Below are positions 1-9,734 of a stretch of DNA of 41,992 nucleotides, one piece after another (within the stretch, counting starts at the first letter, position 1; each line of letters begins with the position of its first letter). The translations under genes and the position numbers were made by a program. Source of the stretch: Methanomicrobiales archaeon (GTDB taxonomy: Archaea; Halobacteriota; Syntropharchaeia; Alkanophagales; Methanospirareceae); assembly GCA_003160755.1 (NCBI GenBank), contig QEXZ01000002.1, positions 1 to 41,992 on the forward strand. Reading direction: 5' to 3'. Below the pieces are notes generated by a model. That model had not been told where the DNA came from and made no database searches. It saw only the letters and a program-made list of their open reading frames with translations.

Positions 1-127
1 ATTTGTTGCTATTTTACTCTTACTCTTGTCAAGCACCTTTTGGATAGCAATTCTAACTGTAGTTATTTTTGCACTTATTGGTTTTTCGATGATGGTGGGC
101 TTGATAACAAAATTATTTGGGAAATGA
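1..127 (+). CDS. 3' end of a membrane protein (partial, cut by window edge)
   Basis: Frame starting at base 2 reads FVAILLLLLSSTFWIAILTVVIFALIGFSMMVGLITKLFGK* (hydrophobic). The TGA at 125-127 overlaps the ATG at 124. Confidence 0.55.
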   Translation, partial: FVAILLLLLSSTFWIAILTVVIFALIGFSMMVGLITKLFGK

Positions 128-505
128 AAAAGAAGCAAATACAAGGACTTGATTTAGTTTTAGTAGCAGTAAGTTTGGCTTTGGTAGTTGCCCTCATAGG
201 GGCAGTGGGCTACATTGTTTTTCTATCCTAATGCAGCTAATGTGGGAGATCCCGGTGTTGTAATCACGGGAACTATTAAAAATGAGTACGATAGGGATTA
301 TTACATATGCATTGCTGCACATGCTTTTAATTCGGAAGGGGAGCAGATTGGACACAGTATTGATCCATGTCCTGTGTGTGGCATGATTGCACCTTATGTT
401 AAGTGCGGCCAAACAGGTAATTTCGAGTTGCACTTGAAGTATAGAGAGGATATTGAGCGTATTGAGCTTTTTGTCGGATGTGTGAGTGAAATACCACCAC
501 CATAG
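124..505 (+). pseudogene. Frameshifted membrane-anchored protein with FxLYD-like beta domain
   Basis: ATG at 124 gives an N-terminal TM helix (MKKKQIQGLDLVLVAVSLALVVALIGAVGYIVF) that stops at 231. Removing one T from the T-run near 218-222 joins it to the 215..505 frame (VITGTIKN...AFNSEGEQIG...GQTGNFELHL). Confidence 0.5.
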
Positions 506-548
506 GTAGGAAATTGGCCATTCTAAAAGAAAGGAGGGATAATAAATT

Positions 549-848
549 ATGGTGGGAAAATGGAAAGTAGGTGCAATAACAGGAGCAGTGTGGGGGTTAA
601 TAAGCCTTGTCACCCTTTCAGGAGGGATTTGGCTTAATCCACTGATAAAATATACTTTTGGTTTGCCTACCACGCTTACATTTCATATCGTTAATTGGCT
701 TAATTTTATAATAGTGCCAATTATTGGTATATGGTTTAGTTACATTGTACTTTTCTTGTTAGCGCTTAACTATGGCGCTATAATCGTTGTAGGAATTATG
801 TATTTGACTGGCAAGGTTCGAGCCAAACAGAAAATCATCAAATTTTAG
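549..848 (+). CDS. Small hypothetical membrane protein (~3 TM)
   Basis: GGAGG upstream; hydrophobic 99 aa; its 3' end overlaps the convergent RaSEA gene. Confidence 0.6.
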   Translation: MVGKWKVGAITGAVWGLISLVTLSGGIWLNPLIKYTFGLPTTLTFHIVNWLNFIIVPIIGIWFSYIVLFLLALNYGAIIVVGIMYLTGKVRAKQKIIKF

Positions 849-1802
849 CAGTGTATGCCATGTTTCCTTACATTCGCAATCTATCTCCGTGAGGCGTTCT
901 AACACGTTCAAGTTCTGCGTTATGTTGAACTCTTTTATCGCCTCTGTTATTTCCATGTCGCACTTACCACAATTGTGCGGTCCGCGGATATGACCCGCAC
1001 CCACGGGGTCAGACGTCACCACGACATTTTCACCACGTTTTTTTATCTCTTTTACTGTCTCGACAGCACTCCAGAGCCACGGTGGTCTATAATACCTTCT
1101 TTTCCATAAACCTTCTAAGTGCGTGTGTTTTTGTATATTGCATAGGTTCAGGGAGATAGAGGAACTATAAGGAGCGGCGAGTGCAGCGGATTTTATAATG
1201 TCTTCTATCGCCTTTTTCTCGGATACAAAAGGAGGTTTAAGCAAAAGATACGTCTTTACCGTTGCTTCGCATTCGTTCACGATTTTCGCTGCTGTTTTAT
1301 AATCGGCGAATGAGAAACCCTTGTTTATGTATTTCGACCTGATAAAATCATCCGCGGTTTCTAACCCGATAGCAAGTTCGAGATGCTCAACGATTTTCAA
1401 ATCCGCGATTCTCTCCTCGTTTATAAACTCGGGTCTCGTCTCTACTATCAGTTTCTTTATCGCTTGCCTGTTGTTCACCAGCTCGGCTATCGCGATTCTC
1501 GTTCCGCTTGAAATCTCTCGTTCGTCGAGGAAGCTGCCGGAAGTGAAAATCTTGAGTATAAAATCTTCTTCCGGGCTGGTTCTTAATGCTCGTTCAAGTT
1601 GAGCCCGGATGTCTGCCTGTGTTACGTCTGCGGATTCGTGCCAGTAGCCGCACATCGTGCATTTTCGCCACTGACAGCCTACAGTCCGCAGTATGACGGT
1701 CAGGCATTTTATCGGTTTTTGCTCTTCGGTGAAGAAGTCGTAATCGAGCCAAGAAGCTACTGGGTGGGTTTTTTTGTTCTTTGGTGTGGTCATGGTTTTC
1801 AT
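759..1802 (-). CDS. raSEA: Archaeosine biosynthesis radical SAM protein RaSEA (TIGR01210 family)
   Basis: LTVILRTVGCQWRKCTMCGY (CxxxCxxC), KIFTSGSFLD, VETRPE, AIGLET, YRPPWLWS, RGPHNCGKC. Confidence 0.9.
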   Translation of the reverse strand: MKTMTTPKNKKTHPVASWLDYDFFTEEQKPIKCLTVILRTVGCQWRKCTMCGYWHESADVTQADIRAQLERALRTSPEEDFILKIFTSGSFLDEREISSGTRIAIAELVNNRQAIKKLIVETRPEFINEERIADLKIVEHLELAIGLETADDFIRSKYINKGFSFADYKTAAKIVNECEATVKTYLLLKPPFVSEKKAIEDIIKSAALAAPYSSSISLNLCNIQKHTHLEGLWKRRYYRPPWLWSAVETVKEIKKRGENVVVTSDPVGAGHIRGPHNCGKCDMEITEAIKEFNITQNLNVLERLTEIDCECKETWHTLLKFDDFLFGSNLASQIHNSYNDYSAIVKR

Positions 1803-1839
1803 TGTGATAATTGCCCGGGGATAAGATAATAAAAAATCC

Positions 1840-2367
1840 CTATCTCATTTCTGTTTCTTCATCCACCTTCCGCTCGTACGTCTGAACAAGCATCCCCTTG
1901 CTTTGCTCCCAGGGTTCGCCCGTCTTGTAAAAATTGAACTTCTCCATTGCTCGCTCACAGGGTTCATTACCCGCCAGGATATTTACGTAATTCACCTTAC
2001 ACTTATTCGCTTTTGCAAACGCATAGAACTGCGCATACATTGCCGATGCAACACCCTGGTCACTGTATTCCGGTAGAACCGCCTGCTGCTCGCCGAAACA
2101 ACCTCTTCCTGTTATGGATGCTTTGTACACACCCACCAATTTACCGTTTATGCGAACACCGAAGAAGAAATGGCCGGAGTCCATCTCTTTCTTTATTTCA
2201 TCCTCGCTCATCGCACGCATCTCTCGCCATTCCTTCGGATACACATAAGCCTTTGGCCATACTTCCTTATAGAGGGCGGAGATGTCCTTCGCTTCTTCTT
2301 TACGTAGCAGTAGTACACGATGTTTTCCTGCCTTGTTTTCGTCGTCTATAATACACACCTTCGTCAT
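1840..2367 (-). CDS. GNAT family N-acetyltransferase
   Basis: AVLPEYSDQGVASAM acetyl-CoA motif A; N...A...EKFNF motif B. Confidence 0.8.
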   Translation of the reverse strand: MTKVCIIDDENKAGKHRVLLLRKEEAKDISALYKEVWPKAYVYPKEWREMRAMSEDEIKKEMDSGHFFFGVRINGKLVGVYKASITGRGCFGEQQAVLPEYSDQGVASAMYAQFYAFAKANKCKVNYVNILAGNEPCERAMEKFNFYKTGEPWEQSKGMLVQTYERKVDEETEMR

Positions 2368-2458
2368 CTTCGTTATTCCTCTATTATAAACTTAAGGGAT
2401 TTCTCTCTTTAAATCTTTTTTGATTTTTGTTTGTTGTTCTCGAAATTCAAACTTTCTT

Positions 2459-2620
2459 GTTGTATATAAAGTATAACTTCCTCTTATTTAAGACACGGAT
2501 TTATACGGATTTATTTTAGTCTAACCGTGTTGATTCTTATCATCTGTGTTAATTAAGCCCTTTCCGGGCTTGCGGGAATGTGGGCAGAGCCCACAAGCGT
2601 TAATCTGTGTCCATAATTTA
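2459..2620. repeat. Dispersed palindromic repeat family A (MITE/REP-like), with a family-B element nested at 2554-2595
   Basis: gttgtatataa...cttcc..tatttaagacacggattta...catctgtgttaat[insert]gcgttaatctgtgtc; matches 40858-41010, and 8430-8577 and 34589-34716 in reverse. Confidence 0.8.
2554..2595 (-). repeat. Double-hairpin repeat family B, copy 1
   Basis: Reverse complement is tgtgggctctgcccacattcccgcaagcccggaaagggctta. Confidence 0.85.
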
Positions 2621-3145
2621 TTTTTTCTTGTTCAAAGAAAGGTTGTCCATGAACCTTTTCTGCATCTCTACCACTTCACTACTGTTCGTTGCCTTGGAAT
2701 AAGCAATTAACCGGTCCTCATTCAATCTCAGAAATACATCGCCCCACTTGAACCCGCGCAGTATAAATTGCGATTGCTCGTGCTCGCCGAGAATGAACAA
2801 AGCAGCAGCGAGCGCCTCCGCCGAACTCAAAATAAACGGTCTGCCGTAGTTCGTCGGGTTCGCTGCTATTAAGTAGGGCAATGCTCGCTTTTTCCTCTTC
2901 AGCTTTCTCAAAGCATCCTCAAAAGTGGCTATTTTAGACCATGAGCAATCAAAAACGGTTATGCTGCTTGCTGATTTTCTATCTGCAGGAGAGAGTGCCT
3001 GTTCCGCAATAGGAACCAACAAGATCGTTTTATACGGTATTTTTCGCATCACATTAACCGATTTTATCAGGCCTGCTCGTGCTAATTTTCTCGCTGTGCA
3101 TTTCTTCGGGTCGCACTGCCCTGCATCGTATGCGTATAACTGCAT
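2618..3145 (-). CDS. tsr3: 16S rRNA aminocarboxypropyltransferase Tsr3
   Basis: QCDPKKCTARKL, LSPAD, DCSW, RALPYLIAANPTNYGRPFILSSAEALAAAL, FKWG. Confidence 0.95.
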   Translation of the reverse strand: MQLYAYDAGQCDPKKCTARKLARAGLIKSVNVMRKIPYKTILLVPIAEQALSPADRKSASSITVFDCSWSKIATFEDALRKLKRKKRALPYLIAANPTNYGRPFILSSAEALAAALFILGEHEQSQFILRGFKWGDVFLRLNEDRLIAYSKATNSSEVVEMQKRFMDNLSLNKKK

Positions 3146-3282
3146 TTTACTTGTTTCGCTTCTCCTATAACCACAAGATCACGCAGATTTTTACACAAAC
3201 TTTCTTTTGAAAGAAAGTTTGATCAACGGAACATCTTAGAGGCGTTGTTCTTTTCCGTAAACGCTTTTTCTAAAAGGGTTTA

Positions 3283-4164
3283 TTAGTAAAGGTTTTTGCT
3301 TTCAAAAAAGTTTTGCAATAACAAAGGGATTTTTTTCTTTAGCCCCTGCACTATCTCCTCAGACATGAACGGTGGCACCAGAACTTCTTTAATTGGTTTT
3401 ATCAATTCCACAATTCTGGAAGTTGCGAGTTCTTCCTGCGAATATGTAGAAGCTGAGAGTTGAACCGCTGTTAGATACTTCTCCGGGTCGTATACCGAGA
3501 TATGCCCTGGTTTAACACCAATAACAATGTCCAAATCTTTTAGCCCCTTCCAAGGCAAAGCTATATCGCTATAACTCTCAATGACCAAACAATCATATTG
3601 TTTGTTCATCTCTTTATATACCAACTCAACTGCGAGGTCGTAATATTCCTCTGTTAGCTTATTTAATCTATTTAAATCCCTGACATGGTAAATACTGGAT
3701 GCTTTGGCACGTAGTTTCTCAAAAAGAGCATCGTCACATCTATACTCAACTGGCAGTGCTTCGTTCTCAACCACCAGATTCTTTGCTCCTTCTTTAAACC
3801 ACAGCGTGACACGGTCGAAGATAAAATAAGGAATTTGCGTGACCGGGTCGATGTGCTGAGGTTCTGCCCACAACCTGTGGATAGGGTTGATAAATTCTTC
3901 CATTATGGCACCTGCATCGGGACCAAAAGCCGAAGCAGATTTTAAATGTTTTGCATCCTTCCCGTAGAGTCGTCCATGCGATAAAGCCTCCTGCACCACA
4001 TCGTAATCATACCACACACTGTTGCCAGCCCGTGGTTTAAATCCACATGCATTAAACCCCTTCTCCCTTAAGTAAGCTAGTAACGCCTGTGCAAGAGTCG
4101 TCTTACCTGCGTCCTTCTCTTTCAACCCTACAATCAAAATCTTCAATCTTTCTTTCTTTGTCAT
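3283..4164 (-). CDS. Predicted archaeal P-loop ATPase/GTPase (COG4028-like)
   Basis: ILIVGLKEKDAGKTT, GFKPRAGNSVWYDYD, GRLYGKDA, NPIHRLW, VIESYSDIALP. Confidence 0.75.
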   Translation of the reverse strand: MTKKERLKILIVGLKEKDAGKTTLAQALLAYLREKGFNACGFKPRAGNSVWYDYDVVQEALSHGRLYGKDAKHLKSASAFGPDAGAIMEEFINPIHRLWAEPQHIDPVTQIPYFIFDRVTLWFKEGAKNLVVENEALPVEYRCDDALFEKLRAKASSIYHVRDLNRLNKLTEEYYDLAVELVYKEMNKQYDCLVIESYSDIALPWKGLKDLDIVIGVKPGHISVYDPEKYLTAVQLSASTYSQEELATSRIVELIKPIKEVLVPPFMSEEIVQGLKKKIPLLLQNFFESKNLY

Positions 4165-4219
4165 CTCAGCGCTCTCCGCGTTCTCGGCGGTAAGTAAAAA
4201 GAAAACATTTTTCTTTTAG

Positions 4220-4311
4220 CACAAACCTTTCTTTAGAAAAGAAAGCTTTACCAAAGAAACTAATTTTTTCTTTTAGCACAGGTTTTCTTTTTGCTAAAAA
4301 GAAAAAGTGTT
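4220..4311. repeat. A/T-tract palindromic repeat family C
   Basis: acaaacctttctttagaaaagaaagctttaccaaagaaac...cttttagcacaggttttctttttgctaaaaagaaaaagtgtt. The second half recurs at 34441-34516; the first half recurs near 3196-3225 and 22945-23025. Confidence 0.7.
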
Positions 4312-5286
4312 ATGAAAAAGATAACTGAGCTGGATGCGTTTCTCGTAACAAACGAAGAACTAAAAGAGACGATAGAGAGTATAGGATGGAAAGCATTCAT
4401 TGCTGAGATAAGAAGAGGGTTTGAACAAAGTTCTTCTGGGCAGACCATTGTGCCTGAAAAGGTGTACATTGATACGGGCGTGTCGGACATGAGATGTATG
4501 CCTGCGTATTTGCCGGAATACAATCGCAATTATTGCGGTGTGAAGATTGTCATCACTGCGCCGGGGAACAAAAAACTCGGTTTGCCAATGGTATTGGGTG
4601 AATATTTACTCCGGAATGCGGAAACACAGCAATTGGTGGCGATAATGCAGGCGGAGGAGATGACCGCGTATAGAACCGGCGCCGCTACTGGTGTCGCTAC
4701 CGAAACGTTATCGAGGACAGATAGCAAAACGCTGGGCATAATAGGAACAGGAAAACAAGCTCCTTACCAGGCTGAGGCAATACTGGCTGTACGGCCTTCT
4801 ATTGACACGATAAAGGCATATGATGTCACCGAACAACAAGCGAGGGATTTTAAAAAGCAATATGAACCCGAGTGGGGTGTTGACATAGCAGTTGTCGGTC
4901 TGGAAGAGACGGTGGATTCTGACATAGTCACAACCGTAACCCCGGCCACGGAACCTTTCATTTCTGCTGAACTGATAAAGCAGGGGGTACATCTTAACGG
5001 AGTTGGTGCCGACTCGAAAACGAAGATAGAATTCGCACCTGAAGTGCTGAAAAAATCAAGCAGGATATTCATTGATGATTTATCGCAGTGCATACATTCG
5101 GGGGAGATATACAGGGGACTGGAAAAAGGAATAGTGGGGAAAGGGGATTTGATTCCTCTGGGTGACGTATTGCTCGGTAAAGCAAAGGGCAGGACGAGCG
5201 AGGAGGATATAACGTTCTTCAAATCAACTGGCGTCGCCTTTGAGGATTTGATTACTGCGATATTGGTTTTTGAGAGGCTAATTTGA
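4312..5286 (+). CDS. Ornithine cyclodeaminase/mu-crystallin family protein (archaeal alanine dehydrogenase-like)
   Basis: DMRCMPAY, GVKIV, TAYRTGAA, GIIGTGKQA, HLNGVGAD, FKSTGVAFED; ATG at 4312 preferred as start. Confidence 0.9.
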   Translation: MKKITELDAFLVTNEELKETIESIGWKAFIAEIRRGFEQSSSGQTIVPEKVYIDTGVSDMRCMPAYLPEYNRNYCGVKIVITAPGNKKLGLPMVLGEYLLRNAETQQLVAIMQAEEMTAYRTGAATGVATETLSRTDSKTLGIIGTGKQAPYQAEAILAVRPSIDTIKAYDVTEQQARDFKKQYEPEWGVDIAVVGLEETVDSDIVTTVTPATEPFISAELIKQGVHLNGVGADSKTKIEFAPEVLKKSSRIFIDDLSQCIHSGEIYRGLEKGIVGKGDLIPLGDVLLGKAKGRTSEEDITFFKSTGVAFEDLITAILVFERLI

Positions 5287-5344
5287 CAATGTCACATTTT
5301 AATTTTAACTAACTCCTTATCTTCATTTTTATGAGGTAAAAAGG

Positions 5345-6319
5345 ATGCAAATTGAAATTCTCGGCACGGAGTCGTTGGGCGTTCGCGGTCTGAGCTGTGT
5401 GGTCGAACTCAAAGCACGGAAGATAGTCATTGACCCCGGGGTAGCATTGGGCTACAACCGCCATGGATTGCTCCCCCACCCTTTGCAGGTAGCGGCTGGC
5501 GAGTCAGTGCGTCATAAAATCCTGTCTGAATTGGAAGACGCTACTGATGTCGTGTTCAGCCATTTACATGGCGACCACGTGCCCTTAGTAGATGCCAATC
5601 CGTTTCAGATGCCGGCGCAAAAAGTGGCTGCTTTATCCCGGGCACGGCCACAAACAGGAACACAAAAAATCCGGTTCTGGGTTAAAGGTCCTCGTGGACT
5701 TTCTCGAAACATGCTGAATCGGTTGCAGTCGTTACGCATTGCTCTGGATAACGACCTGCCGAATGCCGAAGGGCAGAACGATGGCCCGTTAAGTTTCTCG
5801 CTACCCGTTCCGCATGGAGAGCGAGACAAACGCGGCGGCACGGTGATGATGACAAGGATAGAAGAGGGAAAAGAAGTATTTGTGCACGCTTCTGACATCC
5901 AACTGCTTGATGAGGCGACGGTGCCCCGAATCCTGAACTGGCAGCCAACGATTGTGCTGGCTTCCGGTCCACCTCTCTACTTACCGCATCTTTCACAGAG
6001 GCAGCGTGAAACCGCCTGGCGTAATGCCGTGCGGCTTGCTCAAGGGGTTGACACTTTAATCCTTGACCATCATCTGATGCGTTCCAAAGCAGGAAGTCGG
6101 TGGCTGGATAAGTTGTCGGTATCTGTATCATCCACGACGGGGCACAAGGTCGTATGTGCTGCGGATTTTTTGGGTCGGCATCGGACTCTGCTCGAAGCGT
6201 GGCGACAGCGTTTGTATGCGGAGATGTCAGTACCGAGAGGGTGGCATGACGCTTACGCTCGTGGCGAGGTTGACACCCGTCCATACCGGGATTGGATAAG
6301 GAGGGTGGAAAGGTGGTGA
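5345..6319 (+). CDS. MBL-fold metallo-hydrolase, UPF0282 family
   Basis: ESLGVRG, IDPGVALG, SHLHGDH, PVPHG, HASDIQ, LDHHLMRS. Confidence 0.85.
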   Translation: MQIEILGTESLGVRGLSCVVELKARKIVIDPGVALGYNRHGLLPHPLQVAAGESVRHKILSELEDATDVVFSHLHGDHVPLVDANPFQMPAQKVAALSRARPQTGTQKIRFWVKGPRGLSRNMLNRLQSLRIALDNDLPNAEGQNDGPLSFSLPVPHGERDKRGGTVMMTRIEEGKEVFVHASDIQLLDEATVPRILNWQPTIVLASGPPLYLPHLSQRQRETAWRNAVRLAQGVDTLILDHHLMRSKAGSRWLDKLSVSVSSTTGHKVVCAADFLGRHRTLLEAWRQRLYAEMSVPRGWHDAYARGEVDTRPYRDWIRRVERW

Positions 6320-6335
6320 ATGCAAATATTTTTTG

Positions 6336-6403
6336 AAATAAGTCCGCGTAAATCAGTGTAAATCCGTGTCTCAAATAGAAGGAGGGCATACATAATATAC
6401 AAT
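6336..6403. repeat. Family A repeat, partial copy (reverse orientation)
   Basis: gtccgcgtaaatcagtgtaaatccgtgtctcaaatagaagga matches 8520-8561. Confidence 0.75.
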
Positions 6404-6437
6404 AAAAAATCTAAAATAATCGTTTTATAATTTAATC

Positions 6438-7307
6438 ATGCTCTGGTTCATATTCGCATTTTTAACGGCACTCTTCGAGGCAACGAAAGACGTCCTCAGC
6501 AAGAAAAGCCTGAAAGACATTGACGAATACGTGGTTGCATGGTCATTACCGTTCTTTGCGCTGCCATTTCTGTTACCCATACTGCTTTTTACTGAAATCC
6601 CGCCTCTCGGCGAGCGGTTCTGGCTGGCATTGGTCACTGGCGGCACGCTATATGCCTTTACACTTGTTCTGTACATGAAAGCCATCAAAACATCTGATTT
6701 GTCCATAACTGTTCCGATGCTTACATTTACGCCTCTATTTCTTTTAATAACCTCGCCTTTAATGGTTGGAGAATTCCCCGGTATTTTTGGACTTATTGGC
6801 ATTTTCCTGATTGTTACGGGTTCGTATCTGCTGAACATAAATAAAAAGTTTCATGGATATGGATACTTTGCCCCATTTAAAGCACTGCTAAAAGAAAAAG
6901 GTCCAAGACTTATGCTGGTAGTGGCATTCATCTGGAGTATAACCGCTAACATTGACAAGATTGGACTGCAAAATTCGTCTCCTCTCTTTTGGGTAATCGC
7001 CGTAGATACCTACGTTGCACTACTTATGTTACCGCTGTGTACGTTCAGAGGGAACAGGAAAACAGCCCAGATACGTGCTAATTGGCGTGCTTTGCTTAAA
7101 CTCGGGCTGTTCGGAGGCTTGACTGCCGTATGTCAGATGACCGCAATCAGTTTAACCCTCGTAGCATACGTCATATCAATAAAAAGAACGAGTGCAATCG
7201 GCGGCGTTCTCTTTGGATACCTGATATTTAAAGAGAAGGGTATAAGAGCGCGATTAGTGGGTGCAATCGTGATGGTTTTTGGTGTTTTATTTATAACGCT
7301 GTTTTAG
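6438..7307 (+). CDS. EamA/DMT family transporter
   Basis: ~10 TM in two repeats; KAIKTSDLSITVP; KRTS...GYLIFKE. Confidence 0.9.
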   Translation: MLWFIFAFLTALFEATKDVLSKKSLKDIDEYVVAWSLPFFALPFLLPILLFTEIPPLGERFWLALVTGGTLYAFTLVLYMKAIKTSDLSITVPMLTFTPLFLLITSPLMVGEFPGIFGLIGIFLIVTGSYLLNINKKFHGYGYFAPFKALLKEKGPRLMLVVAFIWSITANIDKIGLQNSSPLFWVIAVDTYVALLMLPLCTFRGNRKTAQIRANWRALLKLGLFGGLTAVCQMTAISLTLVAYVISIKRTSAIGGVLFGYLIFKEKGIRARLVGAIVMVFGVLFITLF

Positions 7308-7332
7308 TATTTAAAAGCAAGAGGTATCCACC

Positions 7333-8376
7333 ATGTTCCGTCCAAATTTTACTATTACTAACAAAATCCTCAACCACATAGCAGATATTTCTGCTTCTCG
7401 TGAGGTCATACTTAACGCACCGCTGCTCCCTAAATGGGAAGTCAAACTGAGAAAAGAAGCAATTCTAAAAATGACGCACCATTCTACGAGTATCGAAGGG
7501 AACAGACTCACAATGGAAGAGGTTAATAGGCTGCTCCGGGGTGAAGACATAGCGGCATGGGAAAAGGACAAAAAGGAAGTCCTGGGCTATGTGAAGGTTC
7601 TGGAATACATAGACAAGTTAGGAGAGAAGGGCGTTGATAAGATTACTGAAGACATAATCCTGGAAATACACAGGCTAAATACCCGGGGGATTCTTACGGA
7701 TTCAGAAGCTGGACACTATCGAAAAGTGGAGGTAGCGGTGGTTAACGGTCTGGGAAGAGTAACCTTTCAACCACCAAAAGCATCGCAAGTGCCCGCTTTA
7801 ATGCACGATTTTGTTGCATGGCTAAACAGTAAAGAAGCAAAAGAATTATACACGGTTTTGATGAGCGGGATTGCACATTACGAATTCGTTCGGATACACC
7901 CATTTGTAGATGGTAATGGCAGGACCGCGCGGGCACTGGCAACGTTGATTCTATACCTCCACGGTTTTGACACGAAACGTTTTTTTGCGTTGGATGATTA
8001 TTATAATGAAGAACGCAGCAGATACTACGCAGCTCTGCAAACCGTTGACCCACAAACAATAAATAGCACACAATGGTTAGAATATTTTATGGAAGGCGTC
8101 GCAGTAAGTATGGGTCGTGTGAAACAAGCGATTTTAGACCTGAGTCTGGATCGACTGCTAAAAGAAGAACGAGGACAAATATACTTAAACGACAGACAGA
8201 TGAAGATTCTCAAGTATCTTCAGACTAATCCGAGAATTACTATCAGTGAGATACAGAAAATGTTCGATAAAAAAGTTAGTAGGGACACTGCGAACCGAGA
8301 CCTCAAACCACTGTTAGAAAATAAATTGGTGAAAAGGATGGGTAAAGGGAGGGGGATATACTATGAACTGGCATAA
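7333..8376 (+). CDS. Fic family AMPylase with N-terminal inhibitory motif and C-terminal HTH
   Basis: Canonical HPFVDGNGRTAR; inhibitory HSTSIEGN; C-terminal VSRDTANRDLKPL...GKGRGIYY winged HTH. Confidence 0.92.
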   Translation: MFRPNFTITNKILNHIADISASREVILNAPLLPKWEVKLRKEAILKMTHHSTSIEGNRLTMEEVNRLLRGEDIAAWEKDKKEVLGYVKVLEYIDKLGEKGVDKITEDIILEIHRLNTRGILTDSEAGHYRKVEVAVVNGLGRVTFQPPKASQVPALMHDFVAWLNSKEAKELYTVLMSGIAHYEFVRIHPFVDGNGRTARALATLILYLHGFDTKRFFALDDYYNEERSRYYAALQTVDPQTINSTQWLEYFMEGVAVSMGRVKQAILDLSLDRLLKEERGQIYLNDRQMKILKYLQTNPRITISEIQKMFDKKVSRDTANRDLKPLLENKLVKRMGKGRGIYYELA

Positions 8377-8384
8377 TGTAAACA

Positions 8385-8414
8385 ATCGTCAGATTATCGT
8401 CAGATTATCGTCAG
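8385..8414 (+). repeat. 11-bp tandem repeat (ATCGTCAGATT x ~2.7)
   Basis: atcgtcagatt atcgtcagatt atcgtcag, just after the fic stop. Confidence 0.9.
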
Positions 8415-8429
8415 GGGGTAAAAACAGAT

Positions 8430-8577
8430 AATAGGATAGGTAGAAGGACAAAAAAATAAATTATAGACACTGATTAACACAGACAGATGATAAAAATCAA
8501 CAATCTTTAACTTAAATACGTCCGCGTAAATCCGCGTAAATCTGTGTCTTAAATAGAAGGAAGTTATTATACAACAA
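8430..8577. repeat. Family A repeat, near-complete copy (reverse orientation)
   Basis: aaattatagacactgattaacacag...gtccgcgtaaatccgcgtaaatctgtgtcttaaatagaaggaagttat..tacaac; colinear with the reverse complement of 40858-41010. Confidence 0.85.
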
Positions 8578-8579
8578 AA

Positions 8580-9326
8580 ATGGGAAAAGTATATCTCGTG
8601 GGTGCAGGACCGGGGGACCCGGAACTGATAAGTTTGAAGGCATATCGGCTTATACAAGAAGCTGACGTGGTATTAGTTGACAATTTGGTTTTCGGCGTGA
8701 AGAAGCTGATTCCCGAAGGTAAGAAGGTCATTGACATCGGAAAAACGGCAAAGGAGCATAAACTTTCGCAGGATGGGATAAACATGCTCATGGTTGACCT
8801 ATCGGAACAATACGATAAGGTAGTGCGATTGAAAGGTGGAGACCCCTATATTTTCGGTAGAGGTGGCGAAGAGGCGGTGTTTCTCAGAGAGCATGGTGTT
8901 GATTTTGATGTGGTGCCCGGGATAACATCGGCGGTTGCCGCACCTGCTTATTTTTCCATTCCGCTTACATACCGCGGCATTTCTTCTGCTGTTACGGTAA
9001 TTACGGGACACGAAATGGAAGAGAAAGAAGAAATTGATAGCATCAACTGGGAAGCGATTGCGAATTTGACGGGCACGCTCGTCATTCTGATGGGTGTAGG
9101 AAATCTTGCTAAAAATGTAGACAACCTTTTGAAACATGGACTGCGTGCCGAAACGCCTGTTGCGGTGATTGAAAAAGGGTTTACTGAAGATGCGAGGATT
9201 GTGGTTGGAACGCTGGGGAACATCGTGGAAGTAGCAGCGAAAGAAAAAGTGAAGCCGCCGGCGGTGATTGTAGTTGGCGATGTGGTTAATGTGCGGGAGA
9301 AGTTGATTCTACACCCGGAGAAGTGA
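8580..9326 (+). CDS. cobA: Uroporphyrinogen-III C-methyltransferase
   Basis: GKVYLVGAGPGDPELI, VVRLKGGDPYIFGRGGEE, VPGITS. Confidence 0.95.
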   Translation: MGKVYLVGAGPGDPELISLKAYRLIQEADVVLVDNLVFGVKKLIPEGKKVIDIGKTAKEHKLSQDGINMLMVDLSEQYDKVVRLKGGDPYIFGRGGEEAVFLREHGVDFDVVPGITSAVAAPAYFSIPLTYRGISSAVTVITGHEMEEKEEIDSINWEAIANLTGTLVILMGVGNLAKNVDNLLKHGLRAETPVAVIEKGFTEDARIVVGTLGNIVEVAAKEKVKPPAVIVVGDVVNVREKLILHPEK

Positions 9327-9734
9327 AAAAACATATTGCTCGAAGTTCCGATCGAAAGAAAAGGCATTTTTTACCCCAAACTCTTCCATCAAAGCAAAGC
9401 TCGTGCAATCCGTGAAACTATATCTTTTATCTTTATGCTTCTTAAATACTACCCATGCCTTCTCTTCGACTTCTGCGGAAATCCTCACAACATTCACTAT
9501 CCTAGATTTTCTTATCCGCTCACCAAAATCTATCGCTTGACTATGCCCCAACTGCATCATTATAAGCGTTAATGTTTCGTCAAGGATGTAATCAGAGGTG
9601 TAAAGCCTTCTAATTTGAAGCTTGCCATTCCTGATAGCTCGCCGGATCTTAATCGCCTCTTCATGGCTTGCATCATCCGAGTCATCCAAAGCGTAGAAAG
9701 CACTCGTATCCACAAAGCTAATAGAGATATTCAT
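9309..9734 (-). CDS. vapC: PIN-domain toxin VapC
   Basis: FVDTSAFYAL, ILDETLT, SFTDCTSFALM, AFSFDRNF. Confidence 0.9.
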   Translation of the reverse strand: MNISISFVDTSAFYALDDSDDASHEEAIKIRRAIRNGKLQIRRLYTSDYILDETLTLIMMQLGHSQAIDFGERIRKSRIVNVVRISAEVEEKAWVVFKKHKDKRYSFTDCTSFALMEEFGVKNAFSFDRNFEQYVFSLLRV

